Of a stretch of 64,000 nucleotides of DNA, positions 28,296 to 43,650 are shown piece by piece. How positions within the stretch are numbered: position 1 is the stretch's first letter; each line of letters begins with the position of its first letter. The stretch is from Eledone cirrhosa. Its lineage: Eukaryota. The notes under the pieces were generated by a model. The model saw only the letters and a list, made by a program, of their open reading frames with translations. It was not told the origin of the DNA and searched no databases. Made by a program: the position numbers and the translations under genes. The stretch covers positions 43,586,001 to 43,650,000 of the forward strand of contig OZ024740.1 of assembly GCA_964016885.1 (NCBI GenBank), read 5' to 3'.

Positions 28296-28302
<7 letters not shown>
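28099..28302. repeat. Perfect inverted repeat (~99-bp arms, 6-nt spacer), each arm with a hammerhead-like fold
   Basis: Spacer CCAGTT at 28198-28203. Plus arm: AGTTT CAGAAGA tCCC-GTTAA-GGGt GAA AGCAG-loop-TTGCT T AAACT, with distal GATTGA/TTAATC. Confidence 0.8.
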
Positions 28303-28362
<60 letters not shown>

Positions 28363-29807
28363 GAAACCAAAGAACGCTTACATACTGAAACAGTTTTTAT
28401 TTGCGTACAATGTTTCATCCATACCGTTGGGTAGGATTCATCAGAGGTTAATAAACACAGTGCTGAGTATAAGCTCTACCAAGCTTAGTCACAGGAACAA
28501 TCGGAATACAATAGAGGGTAAAGATAGGGAGATCGGAGATGTCGAATAAGGAGAGAGTACATGCTGGGGTTCTTAAGCACCACAGCTAAATGCTAGGGCA
28601 CAAGCAGATCTCACAAGATGCAGATACAATTGATGGCACACAAAATCTAAAAAATACAAACCATGGTTAAAACATAATGAAAAAGTAAAACGAGGATAAT
28701 ATAAAGAGATAAAACGTGAATAAAAAGGTAAAAGATATTTTAAAAATTGAAAAAAAGGAAGAAGAAAAAAGAAAAAAGAGTTTTAAGCACATAAAAAAGC
28801 CAGAGGAATTAAAGCGCTTGTCCCTATATAAGTGAATAGGATCTCAGTAACTTATAGTTATATAAGCACTAATATGTTCTTAAGGTACACCCAAAAAGAC
28901 CACAGTAATCAAAATTTCCTCTATGGTATACATATACAAGGTATACTGGTAGCTACCTGAATTACGTAGCCCAAGGGTGTTCCGCAAGCATATAGACAGG
29001 CAACGCATAAATGCAAGCTATACATAAGCGAAGTGGGGTCATTACAGGATAGAGTATAACAGTATATAGACAGGCACCATAAACAAAGCAAGCTATACAC
29101 AAGCAAAGCGGGGTTACAATTAGATAGAGCTGCAGCAATAGCCCCACAATATTATTACAGTTACTGTAAAACCAACTGGCAAAGAATTACTACACATGTA
29201 TATTAACCGTGTAGGGTATACCAATCGGCCACATATGTCCCGATTGTCTTGGAGTTATATAGAAATAGGATTGTCATTAGATAACCAATCAGTCTAAATT
29301 ATACAACATATGTAGATCGTTCAAAAGTAAAAATAGTTGGATGTATACTATCACTCAAACATAACATCTCAACTAGTAACAAGAATTACATGCTGGATAT
29401 ATACATCAAAACAACCCCCATATGTTTAAGATCACAGATTGTATAGCATAATGTGTTCAATTTTCAGCTCCAGATTTTATTTAACCAAAATCTCCACACA
29501 CAATCCAGTCACGAACACCTCAAAAACAATTCCTGGTAAAAGCAGCAGCAATCCGGACCGCACGTGTGTAAGCAATCTATACAAAACAGAAAAGGAAATA
29601 ACGTAAAGTGCCCATGTCATTAAATCCACCGGGTACCCCAGCATGTCTGCTAGGTGGGGTCAAACGCAAACATGTATACAGATATTATATAAGACAGCTT
29701 ACACACCCCGTATTTATAAGTCTGGCTCTAAATAACATGTTACCTCGTTCATCGCCGCTAAGGGTATAACAATGCACATCTATTGATGACGTTTTCAGTC
29801 ATCAAAT

Positions 29808-30000
29808 AATAATTGTTTCTACTTTTGGCACAAGGCCACCAATTATCCGAGTGTATTACTGGTACTTTATTTTATCGACCCCGTAGGGATGAAAGGCAAA
29901 GTTATCCTCGGCGGGATTTGAACTCAGACCATAAAGGGCCGTAACTTTTTGCTGCAAAGCATGGCGTCTGACGCTCTACCGATACTGCCAATACACCGCC
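29808..30000 (-). mobile_element. tRNA-derived SINE
   Basis: Reverse complement of the full SINE (tail, core, B box, A box). Confidence 0.88.
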
Positions 30001-30350
30001 AATACACCAAATAATAATGACGTAAAATTGGTAAATAAAGGGAGACTACTCTAATTTGTCATCTATAGGGTTATTTAATTCGGACTGCAAACAAAATAAA
30101 AATAAATAGAAAAGATAATATTTAATGACCAACAGAACTTCATATTAATTCGACAAATTCGTACTAATAAAAACTATATTATTAAATATTAATGGAACCC
30201 CACCTAGCAGACATGCTTGCGCCGTAGCATTTAGCTGTGGTGCTTAACCACCCCTTATTCGCAATCTCTGATCTCCCTATCTTTACCCTCTATTGTATTC
30301 CGATTGTTCCTGTGACTAAGCTTGGTAGAGCTTATACTCGGAACTGTGTT

Positions 30351-30406
30351 TATTAAGCTCTGATGATTCCTACCCAAGGGTATGGATGAAACATTGTAAG
30401 CAAATA
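30351..30406 (+). ncRNA. Type I hammerhead ribozyme (degenerate mirror copy at ~28397-28453, minus strand)
   Basis: TATTaaGCT CTGATGA tTCC-TACCC-aa-GGGTA-t-GGAt GAAAC ATT GTA AGCaAATA. Predicted cleavage after 30398. Confidence 0.75.
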
Positions 30407-31114
30407 GAAACTGTTTGAGTATGTAAGCATTCTTTGGTTTCTTTTACATATAACGGCTCTGTTCTCGTACATTGAGTTAATACAATATCGTCAAAATATA
30501 ACACGGTGCGTGTGTGTTTATACACATGCACTCCGTGCTATACGTACGTAAATAAATATATATATATATGTAAAAGGGAAACAGAAATAAAAACACAATG
30601 GAAGGGATATATTAGGTTAACGCTTGATATAGCAGGAAGATATCGCAGGAAGAGAGTCTTGCAATATATGAATGTTTTACCCACACGAAATCGTTTCTCT
30701 CCTCTCACTATTAAAGCATAAGTGGTTTGCTCTTTGGTTGATATCCTAATAATGTTTATTTAATTAAGGTATTGAATGCGTGAAAGAACCGTCGGAGATA
30801 CACCGGTTCTTCCGATGACTTCGTTTCAATATTATTAAGTATTTCTGAAAACCAGGCATTAGATGTATCTAAGAGCAAAACGCTCAAAGATAGCTTCTAG
30901 TTCAAATACTTTTGGATTCTTGATTGCCAATGTTTCGTGCCAGCTTAAAAAACTTTTTTCCGGATCTATTCCAGCATATTCTTCTGTTTTCGCTCCAGAG
31001 AATACAGGCTTCTTTGTTACTCTTCGTGGTTGTGCTTACAGAAACTTGGATAATTCAATCAGATTTGCTCGTGAGTGAAAAAACAGGAAGAGAACAAAAA
31101 AAAAGTGTAACAAA

Positions 31115-32052
31115 TCTATATATATAAAACTGTGGTTGTCTGTCTGTCTATCGATTTTTGGCACACATCTCCTCTTAGAATCTCTCACGGAATTGCACCG
31201 AAATTGCTATACTTGTACATTGAGCCCTAGCGAAGACATCGGAAAAAAAAAATTTCAAATTGACCCACCCTATGTGACGAAATCGAATATAATGTATCGA
31301 TTTTTGAGCGTAAGTTATCAGTTATTTCCCTTTGTTCTGTTTACATTGAGCGTCTTACGTAAAAAATTACGCTGGCTTTCTCAGCAAAATATTGACCTGC
31401 AAAATTCATCAGTTCGAACACTAAGCTTCCGTTTTGCTTCATTTCCATTTAAAAGCATTTTAAAACAATATTTTTACTTGAAAACAAGTCTATTTAAAGA
31501 CTACGTAAAACAAGCAAATATTTCGTCGTTAGGCGTGCAGACAGACAGTCGTGCAGACAGACAGCCTGCAGAGAGGTGATATACGCGTGCAGACAGACAG
31601 TCGTGCAGAGAGGTGATATAGGCGTGCAGACAGACAGTCGTGCAGAGAGGTGATATAGGCGTGCAGACAGACAGTCGTGCAGAGAGGTGATATAGGCGTG
31701 CAGACAGACAGTCGTGCAGAGAGGTGATATAGGCGTGCAGACATACATAACTGATAATTTGGTTACGCTAATGTTTTTCTCTGCGTTGCAGTGTTTACAT
31801 TTTCGATCTTTGTTAATAAATAACCAGTGCAGTTTCTATCCCCAGCATCCTCTTTTGTTATAACATTCGGGTTATCGTTATGTTTTCTTAACTTCATAAG
31901 GCATATTGTTGGTTGAGGGAATATTAATCAAAAACACCACATGCAAGTCTGCACATTAGACACTACAGTTTTTAAGCCAAGAAAGAAACTTAACATTGTA
32001 ACTTTAACACAGCTACTGAGCGACCCCGAGCAACGCCGGGCTTTACTGCTAG
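31115..32052 (+). mobile_element. Non-autonomous Helitron with an internal 37-bp minisatellite
   Basis: A|TCTATATATATAAAA 5' end; subterminal hairpin CCCG-AGCAACGC-CGGG then CTAG|T. Unit GGCGTGCAGACAGACAGTCGTGCAGAGAGGTGATATA repeated at 31530-31741. Confidence 0.88.
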
Positions 32053-32162
32053 TATACTGATAAACGCATTCATATACACAGGTTTGTGCACAAGTGTATG
32101 TAGTTGCGTATACGCCTGTATCTTCTGATGATATAATATATGTATAATATAAGTGTGTGTAT

Positions 32163-32263
<101 letters not shown>

Positions 32264-32375
32264 GAGGTTATATTTAACAAGCTTAAAAATGTTTAAGGAA
32301 ATCATCAGAAAGCGGGCTTTCTGATGATTTCCTCCGAATGAAACAGTTCTAGTCCTGTAGAAGCCATTTTTATAT

Positions 32376-32467
<92 letters not shown>

Positions 32468-32578
32468 CACACATATATATTTCTATATAAAATTATATTT
32501 CTATATTAAATTACTTTTACTCTGCTATGTATTGAGTACCTTACTTACTGTGGTTATCCCCGATTTAACCCGGGATGT

Positions 32579-32630
<52 letters not shown>

Positions 32631-32734
32631 TATGTTGATATAATATATGTATAATATAAGTGTGTGTAAATATATACATATATATATATATGCAATATAT
32701 ATATATATATGTGTGTGTGGGTGTATGTGTATAT

Positions 32735-33056
32735 TCTAACTTTAATTTTATACCTAATTGTGTACGGTTGATGATATATTTAATCGAGTTCCACTGCAAT
32801 TGAAATGCTGGGTAAATATTCTATAGCTGTTGATCGCGAATAGATGGCTGTCGTTTATTTATCTATTATTTCATATGTGCCTTTTAATCTTATAGCCTGG
32901 TTTAATTGCTTTTTGTGTGGTTGATTATGCTGATTGGGAGAGGAAATGGTGTATATATCTTATCAAATGATTCTATGGACATATTTTATAATATATTGCT
33001 CTGATTATTTAATTAATTAATTCATCATTGAGCCACATCGTGAATGGTTGCCAAAA

Positions 33057-33100
<44 letters not shown>

Positions 33101-33700
33101 ATGACTTTGTCTAGTTTGTGTATATGTAAATCTTTATATATGATAATCTCCCATAAGGTTGAGATGCAATTTAGGCAATATTAGGTTGCGCTTTCTAGCA
33201 ACCAGCCCACTCGCCGTAAGGCACCAATCACATTCTTTCTGACTTGACCACTGCCACGTCACAGCTCTTAGACATTTTGAATTCGGGGATCATTTAAGAA
33301 AAGTCTTCGTCCAAGTGAGTTTGTTTCCTGGTGGTTTCGAAGCTCGAGAATTCATCCTTGATTGGATATTTCCAAAAGCGAATGAAATCCCAAGGGGTAG
33401 AAACGTAATCCTGGTATGTTTATATACATTTTTTCTTCTAACTTAAATTTTATACCTAATTGTGTATGGTTGACGATATATTTAATCGATTTCCACGTGC
33501 TATTGAAATGTTGGGTAAATATTCTATAACTGTTGATGGCAAATAGATGGGTGTCCTTTATTTATCTATTATTTCTTCATAGGTGCCTTTTAATCTTATA
33601 GCCTGGTTTAATTGTTTTTTTTTTGTGTGGTTGATTATGCTGATTGGGAGAGGAAATGGTGTATATATCTTATCAAATGATTCTATGGACATACTTTATA
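32735..33700. repeat. Two copies (32735-33000, 33435-33700) of a ~265-bp dispersed repeat; a diverged third copy lies at ~36125-36390
   Basis: Shared ...ATTATGCTGATTGGGAGAGGAAATGGT...GATTCTATGGACAT. Confidence 0.8.
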
Positions 33701-33814
33701 GTATATATATATATATATATATATATTCTACTACCCTAAGTATTGAGTACTTTGGTGCGTTATGGCCCATCTGGTTCTGTACCACATTTCCTTCGTTATA
33801 TATATATATATATA

Positions 33815-33866
<52 letters not shown>

Positions 33867-34049
33867 TATATATATATATGTATATATTTATATATATAAT
33901 CAAGGACATAACGCATCGCCTGGTCCGAATTCGATTCCCAGACTGGGCGATGCGTTATGTCCTTGAGCAAGACATTCTATTTCACGTTGCTCCTTCTACC
34001 TGGAGTTGTGACCATTAGATAGTATTAGCAACTGGAAAGACCAACGATC

Positions 34050-36066
<2,017 letters not shown>

Positions 36067-36389
36067 ATGCTATCGGATATCTTAAAATGCGGACGAAACC
36101 ATGGTAGAGGTAACTAAATATGTTCACTTTTCTCCTAGTTTATTTTACACCTAATTCTGTTTAGTTGACTGTATATCTGAGCGATTCATACACGCTGTCG
36201 AAATACTCGATAAATACTCCGTCACAACCGACGCGAAGGGCTGCTTTCGGTTATTTGTCGGAGATTTCTTCATAGAAGCCTTTATTCATATATTCTTGTT
36301 CTTGGTCTAATCGATTTTTTATATGGTTAATTATGCTAATTGGGAGAGGAAATGGTATTTATCTGGTGATTCTATAGACATGTTTTATG

Positions 36390-36530
<141 letters not shown>

Positions 36531-36679
36531 TGATTGTAAACAAATCTATTTATGTTTGTATATCTGTATATCTGTATATCTATAATATGCCTTCATTCTA
36601 CAGAAATGTATTAGTGTTAGATTTACAGTGTTTCTGTTGTGTCAAAAGCATTTATACATTTAAAGTGTTGTCATAATCA

Positions 36680-37097
36680 TTGACGGCAGCCTTGGTAGTG
36701 ACTACAAAGGTAATGAAGGGAGGAGGCGCTGGTGGTATTAGAAAGAAGTGTGGTGGAAGGAGCAGGTGTGGGAGGGGTAGGAGTCGTATGAGCAGGAGTG
36801 CTGGGAGAGACGGTGGGAGGAGAAGATGTAAGACGAATAGGAGTAGGAGGTAAACGGCGTGGAAAGAGTTGCAGTGGTAGTGGTAGGAGTGATATGAGTA
36901 GGTAGGAGTGGGAAGAGTAGATGTGAGAGGAGTGGGAGTGGTCGAGTATATGTGGTAAGAGTTGCAGTTGTAGTGGCAGGAGTGGGAGGAGTAGATGTGG
37001 GAGGGGCAGGATTGGTAGGAGGAGTAAGTTTGGAAGGACTGGAAAGTGAGGGAAAGAGGTGAAGGAGGAGGAGGTGTAGATGTAGGAGTGGTAAGCC
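36680..37097. repeat. Purine-rich low-complexity tract
   Basis: Degenerate GGAGTAGGAG/GTGG repeats. Confidence 0.75.
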
Positions 37098-37139
37098 AAA
37101 AAAGTCTTATTCTGTTTTTTTATTTTTTATTTCATATAA

Positions 37140-37555
37140 CTGAGAGAACTCGACTTCCTTCTGCACATGACACCAATGTATCACAGGTATAAGTTGGTAC
37201 TCATTTTCAACTGAGTGTATTGGAACAAGTGTCTTGCTCAAGAAGTCAAAACAACTCAGACTTGGAATCTAATCCACGACATTATGTTTGTAACTCCAAC
37301 ACAGTAACTACTAGAACCCACGCCCTTATCAGACAAGGGCAGGAGGTGGATAAAATAGGTTTTAATTTCGGTACAAACCAGCGATGGGTAAGTGAGACTA
37401 TTATATAGATCACAGTGTTTGGCTGGTACTTTATTTTATTAAGCCCGGAAGGAAGAAAGTTGACCTTCCCGAGATTGGAACTCAGAACGTAATGGTCTGT
37501 AAGTAAATGCTGCGAAGCATTTTGTCCGATGCTCTACCGATTCTACCAATCCATC
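37140..37555 (-). mobile_element. Two diverged SINE remnants
   Basis: GGTACTCATTTT, TGTCTTGCTCAAG; CTGGTACTTTATTTTATT...GGAACTCAGAAC...CTCTACCGATTCT. Confidence 0.7.
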
Positions 37556-37616
37556 ATCCTCATGAGGAGGATAATATACCAATGCGAAGAAGACAGAAAA
37601 TTATGGTTTCGTTAAT

Positions 37617-38066
37617 AGAAGAAGAAGAAGAAGAAGAAGAAGAAGAAGAAGAAGAAGAAGAAGAAGAAGAAGAAGAAGAAGAAACAAAAAACAAAAAAAA
37701 ACAGAAGAAGAAGAATATGATAATGATGGTGATGAGAGACATAAAAAGAAGTAAATGAGTATTAAGGTGAGGTTGGAAAGAGTGAGGGGAATATAAAGAT
37801 GAAGTTGAGGTGGCGAAGAAAGGAAAAATGGTGTACTCTGTAAATTAGATGTCCGCAATTTATGATGGATTACTTCCGCTAATTTTTCCTGGATTCCGCA
37901 CTTAATATTAAATATCTTATTTAAAAACTAGCATCATCACCACAACCTTCATCATCATTATCATCTCTACCTCCATCATCATCACCATCACCACAATCTC
38001 CATCTCCATCATCATCATCATCGTCATCGTCGTCTTAGTTGATATTATCATCGTTATTATTATTTT
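37617..38066. repeat. (GAA)n and degenerate (CAT)n tracts
   Basis: Direct reading. Confidence 0.9.
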
Positions 38067-38127
38067 CTTTTTGCTCAGCATCTCATCGTTTCTCTGTCGA
38101 CATTTAAATAGCTGCTCAGTATTATTA

Positions 38128-38740
38128 TTGTGGCAGTATCGGTAGAGGTTCGGACGCCATGCTTTGCAGCAAAGAGTTACGACCCTTTTATGGTCTGAGT
38201 TCAAATTCCGCCGAGGTTAACTTTGCCTTTCATCCTTACGAGGTCGATAAAATAAAGTACCAGTAATGCACTGGGTATTTGCTGGCCTTGTGCCAAAAGT
38301 AGAAACAATTATTATTGTGGCAGTATCGGTAGAAAGTCGGACAAAATGCTTTGCAGCATAGAATTACGGTCCTTTACGGTCTGAGTTCAAATCCCGTCGA
38401 GGTTAACTTTGCCTTTCATCCTTACGGGGTCGATAAAATAAAGTGCCAGTCACGCACTGATGTCGAGTTAATCGACTTTCCCCTCACCCAAAATTGCTGG
38501 CCTTGTGCCTATATAAGAAACCATGGATCGGCAGAATCGGTAGAACGTCAGATAACATGCTTTGCTACATGCAATTACGTCCCTTTACATTCTGAGTTTA
38601 AATCCCACCGAAGTTAGCTTCGCCTTTCATCATTATAGGGTCGATAAAATAAAGTACTAATAACACACTGGGTTCGATTTAATCGACTTTCCCTTCCCTT
38701 TCAAATTGCTGGCCTTTTGCCAAATCTAGAAACAATTATC
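38128..38740 (+). mobile_element. Three head-to-tail SINE copies
   Basis: GGCAG(T/A)ATCGGTAG starts at ~38131, ~38319 and ~38529; each is followed by core and tail. Confidence 0.88.
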
Positions 38741-38899
38741 ATTATGTTTATTATTAATGGTCGTCGGCAAGAGAGCACATGTTTTTGGAAGCTCCGTAAG
38801 TTCGTGGATTTGAGTAGTTTTTTTTCTTCTAAATTTGTATGTTATTCTTACTGCAAAGGGATCGTAAGACTTCTGCCTGTGCCGTGTGAAAGGCCCAAA

Positions 38900-40425
38900 T
38901 ATTTGAACTTTGTATTTTAGAGAAAGTCTTTCACCAACTTTGTGTCTATTGTCGTGTGCCAGCAGCTTAAACATTGGAAGTAAAAGCACCAAACCCACTA
39001 ACAGACAGCAACAAAAATAGCAACATCCACACCAACAACATGAACAAAGACAACATCAAAAACAACAGTAAAAAGGAAACAATTGAAAACAACAACACCA
39101 ACACCAGCGGTAACAGTGACAACCATAACACCAACAACATCAGCTACGGTGTGAGCAGCAACAACGCAGAGAATAAAGTTAACAATAGTATATTCGCGGC
39201 GGTGGTTGCAAAAACAAAAACAAAAATTCTTCAATGTGGATATTCAGACAAGGAGCAACAGTTGGCCCAGTCATGGGAGTTGATTACGCGTGAAAAATCC
39301 TGGACCAACCTAACCATCCCGGACGAGGCGATAACAGCAACGTAAAGGAGGACTTTGCATTTTCGATGCATTTCAGCTGACTCGCAATTCGGAACTCGCC
39401 AGCCAGACGGAAGTCAAAGCCGCTATGAAATCAATAAAGAATGATATAGAAAATAAAGCAAGGGCCACACAGTTCGGCACCATCTTGGTGCTGTTCAAAT
39501 CCGAGGGCCTTGGTATTAAGCACTCAGTGGCCACCTTATCATGTACCCATCCTACATGCGCAAAAGAACGGTGAAGTTCTGCATTCCTAGCATCCCGCCA
39601 GGACTGAACATATCGTGGCTCCTGGGATGTGTTGTCGGCATCTCCAGATATTCTGCCTAAACGGTGAACAGGTGTGGTCGTCGTTTGTTAGACGGGCCTT
39701 TGCTTAGCTTGTCTCTTTGACTGAACTGCAGTCTTGGGTTAAGAAGAGACCGAGACTAAGCGCCTGGCATCTGAAATGTTGCCAAGCACTCACTGCCCTT
39801 TACCAGGCGGGCAATGCTGTCAGTGGAACTTCCAATCTTGAATTCAATAGAGGATTAGCGGTGGGCAAGTGTGACGGAGCACTCAGAGAAGCTCTTGACA
39901 TCGACTAAGTTGAACTGACCAGTATGTTCCAGAGGAATTTCGGGCCGGGAACGATGGATAACATCCAGAAATCCATCGCTTGACAGTCCTACCGGGGGAC
40001 ACTGCCGGTTTGCGATACAGGCACGGAAGTGTTGTCAGATGGATCTGCCCAAGATGCATGCAAAGCGACGAAACCATTCTGCACACACTCGCCAGTGTCT
40101 GTGTATTACTGACTTGTGGAGTTATGTCGAACAGCAGTTGTCGCGTGTAGAACGGATACGGCTATCGACCGAGTCCATAGTGGGAATTGACCCACAGGCT
40201 TCTTTTGTCCGAGAAAGGCAAGCAATTTTCCTCTGTCTAGTGGCATTAGCGAAAGAGGTTGTATGGTCGACCAGGTTGAAAGGACTGAACACAGACACTT
40301 CTCCTTTCGGCCAATCCCTCATCAAATTTTTCAAGTTTCACTTCGAAAGGAAGGTGAGGGTGGAGAGAACTTTGCTAAATGTTGGACGAATGTGGCGAGA
40401 ATGGACCGTGTGAATGGGCCTACCT
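38900..40425 (+). mobile_element. Old, internally deleted Tx1/L1-like element (ORF1 start joined to ORF2 end)
   Basis: Asn-rich N-terminus and IFAAVV. SWVKKRP, DLWSYVEQ, KEVVWSTRLKGL and FFKFH match the ORF2 ends at 57500-58260. Confidence 0.75.
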
Positions 40426-40429
40426 TCCC

Positions 40430-42290
40430 GAGAAATAAGGCCATATGCCTTTTCAAGGTCTACAAAAGAAGAATATACCTATTGGCAATACTCCCACGAT
40501 TTCTCGAAGACCTGCCATAGTGTGAATAATTGATAGGTTGTGCTGTGTCCGGGAAGAAAAGCGCATTGTTCATCAGATAGCGTTGACTCGATAATCTCCT
40601 TGCATCTCTTTGCCAGTCACTTAGTATAGACTTTAACAGGAAGACTTAACAAGGAGATTTCTCTGTAATTGGGACAATCTCTCGTGTCTCCCAATTGGGA
40701 TTATCACACTCGATTACCATTACTTAAGGGCCTTTCCTGAGATCCAGGCCATCCAGCATCATTAGTCAAACAGGGAATCCCAACTCTATTTAAGGCTTTT
40801 AACATCTCAGGCCGTATTTCATCTTCCCCCCGGCCTTGCCACATTTGAGCTCATTAATTTCTCTTGTGACCTCAGCCTCTGAGAGATCAGTGACAGCTCC
40901 CTGATGTACCCCGTGTACATCAGAAAATAGTGTTGTGATCGCGTTTAGAAGTTCAGCAAAGATTTTTCTCCATCTCTTAGGATGCACCTCTCTGAAGAAC
41001 CCCAGCCGCGTTCTTAGTATGAAGTCGGTGGATGGTCTGCCAGAACACTTTATTTGGGGATCTGAAGTCGGATTCCAGCTTAACACCAACGTCCTCCCAT
41101 GTCTCAACTTTGGACGCCTTTACCGTCTCTGCTACGATTCTTCATGCCTACTTGTACCTCAACTGTATGATGGAGGACTTATTTCCAAGCCAAGCTCTGT
41201 AGACCTCCTTCTTTACTCGGATGATATCTTTGACCTATTCATAGAACCAAGAAAACCTCCTGACATTCGGCGCCACACCAAACCTCTTTCGCCCGCAACA
41301 TTTAACGACTGATGTAGAAACTGCTGAGCTGAATAATCTCCACTCAGTCTCAAGGTCCTCAGTTTGCTCAGGGACTTCTCTGAATTTGGATGCAATAGTA
41401 TCTGCATACCTGGTGCTAACTTCCTCATTCCCAACGCTTCCCCTTTTATTCTGTAAGTCACCCTGACATTTGTGAGCTTCTTTGGATTTAGTTAGTCTCA
41501 AGTTGCAGATAACTAGATGGTGATCACTTGACATCTCAGCCCCTCTCCTAACACAACCATCCAGCGCAGAATGAAAGCGATCAGAGACAATAACATAATT
41601 AATTATTGATCTCTGTCCGTGATTCGTCTTATACCAGGTATATTTATGGATGTCTCTGTGCTGGAAGAAGGTGTTCATAATAGAGAGTCCATTGCTAGAA
41701 CAGAAGTCTAACAAGAGCTCCCCATTTGTATTTAGATCAGGGTTGCTTTACCTTCCAATCCCTCCTTTCAGAGTCACGCTGTTAGTGCGAACATGTGCAT
41801 TGAAGTCTCCCATCAGAATATATGACTCAGTCTTAACTACACCTAACTTTGCATTGGCTTTATAAAGGGAGGACCTGTATTCGGACTCCTCGTTAGGTGC
41901 ATTAATTTTCACCACCAACAGAGACCTATCTTTCAGCCTAAGCTTCAAGAGGCAAATTCTCCCTCCTCATAGGATCCAGTCCATAACCCATGCTGACATC
42001 CGGGGGCTTGCGAATAACGCCACTCCCACCTGTGCAGCAATATCTGGTGTCACATCTGAATAATGGAGTTTCAATCCTCCATCCAAATCTAAAGGCATAT
42101 GATGTTCCAGGTTCCAATTGTCAAGGTTTGCTCCATCTTTGGACACGCAATCTTTGTGCGACCATCCCACGTCTCCCAGGATAGGTCGCACGCTCACTGT
42201 CAGTTTTTGCGGCATGAAATAAAGACTACAATATATTTTTCGGGTAGGCCCCTCTACCTACGGCCTGAATACGTCCCTTTTTAACGCGTG
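40430..42290 (-). mobile_element. Degraded RTE-type LINE (endonuclease region and fragments)
   Basis: MGDFNAHV, NGLSIMNTFFQHRDIHKYTWY, SSDHHLV, INELKCGKAGG. Confidence 0.82.
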
Positions 42291-43380
42291 TGAAGAACGA
42301 TGCAGTATGGTTCTTTTTTGTTCCTCTCTCCATATTGCAGCTGCTGTTTCCGTGGTCTTATTCACACCAATCACCAATCTGTTATTTTGTCTAACCCGCG
42401 AATACTAGGCTTTTTAGAGGCTGCCTTTAAACGCCTCGCCGTAGCTACGTCACTGGGTTGTAAGAGTTTACTTGGTGGCTGCAGGTGTCATCCATTGCTC
42501 CATCTCCCCTCGTAGTTAACCGTTGTTGGTTCGGGATTGCTTATTCGCCCGGCAGTTGCCCGCTTATATCGCAACTATCCGCCACTAGCGACCCGTTCTC
42601 TAGCAGAACAGCTTTCCCTAGAAATGAAATATACAAAGAGATAAAATACATGTTGCCCAGATGTGATTGAAATGTTTACAGTACATTAGTGTTCCCCGGG
42701 AAGTATATACTGCGTTATATGTGACCAGCAGTGTAGAGTTCTCTGATTCAACTTAACTAGTGGATTTTCCCACCATCATGAACATATATTATGTAACAGT
42801 AGATATTTAGGAAGACAGGGGCGTAAATGGTGGAAGTAAAATTATAATAAAATAGATTTTGTTAATTAAATTGGAAATAAATGAAATGTAGAAATAAATG
42901 TTCTTTACCGGCTCACAACAATGATTGTAACTTCCACGCTCAATTGTCTATTTTGCTCGTAAACACAACGCAGCAGCCTGTATCGGGGAATTATCGAAGC
43001 AGTGACTGATTTCTAGGAGTTCTCTTGACCTACGAGAATGAATTGCTAAATGTTCGGTAATACGCAATGAGTATATTAGTAAGTTTGAAAAATAAATCGA
43101 TAGCGTCATTGCGTATGGAACGACACAGATTGTAGATTTTTCTGCTCCGATCAGCTATAATGATTCATCAATAACCAAGAGCGGCAACATAGAATAATCA
43201 ACAGATTGTGAGCGCATTGACAGGAATAAACGGGAAATAAACAGTGGGAGAGAGGGAAAAAGATAGAGGGGCTGAGTGAGTGAATGGGGTGGATTCTGAG
43301 AGAGAGGGGGATAATGAGAGAGAGTACTGGACTGAGAGAGAAGAAGGAATGAGAGTTTTCAAATATTTCACTATGTTTTA

Positions 43381-43457
43381 AATTGCCTTGTCTGACGAAC
43401 GAATGAGGACGCTTTTGTATTCGTCTTATTCAGGAAACCTCTGGTAATGAGGTAATT
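43381..43457 (+). ncRNA. Type I hammerhead ribozyme
   Basis: AATTGCCTTGT CTGACGA ac-GAATGAGGACG...CGTCTTATTC-ag GAAAC CTCTG GTA ATGAGGTAATT. Stem I is 11 bp including GU pairs; the base of stem II is mismatched. Confidence 0.72.
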
Positions 43458-43470
43458 ATATTGTATTGTT

Positions 43471-43536
<66 letters not shown>

Positions 43537-43567
43537 GTGGATTGAAAGAGAGAGAGAAGGAGAGAAG

Positions 43568-43650
<83 letters not shown>

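Larger units (their letters stand above)
28358..30450. mobile_element. Element with diverged ~250-bp inverted hammerhead-containing ends (Penelope pLTR-like) and a nested SINE
   Basis: 28358-28605 is roughly the reverse complement of 30212-30448. Confidence 0.7.

Noticed and set aside
30780-31080. Possible coding remnant and GAAAC-GAA-GTC hammerhead half on the minus strand
   Set aside because: No recognisable 5' core and no protein motif I can support.
32316-32355. CTGATGA...GAAAC core (also ~20335-20372 on minus) as an intact ribozyme
   Set aside because: Stem I and the cleavage triplet cannot be formed; counted only as a partial relic.
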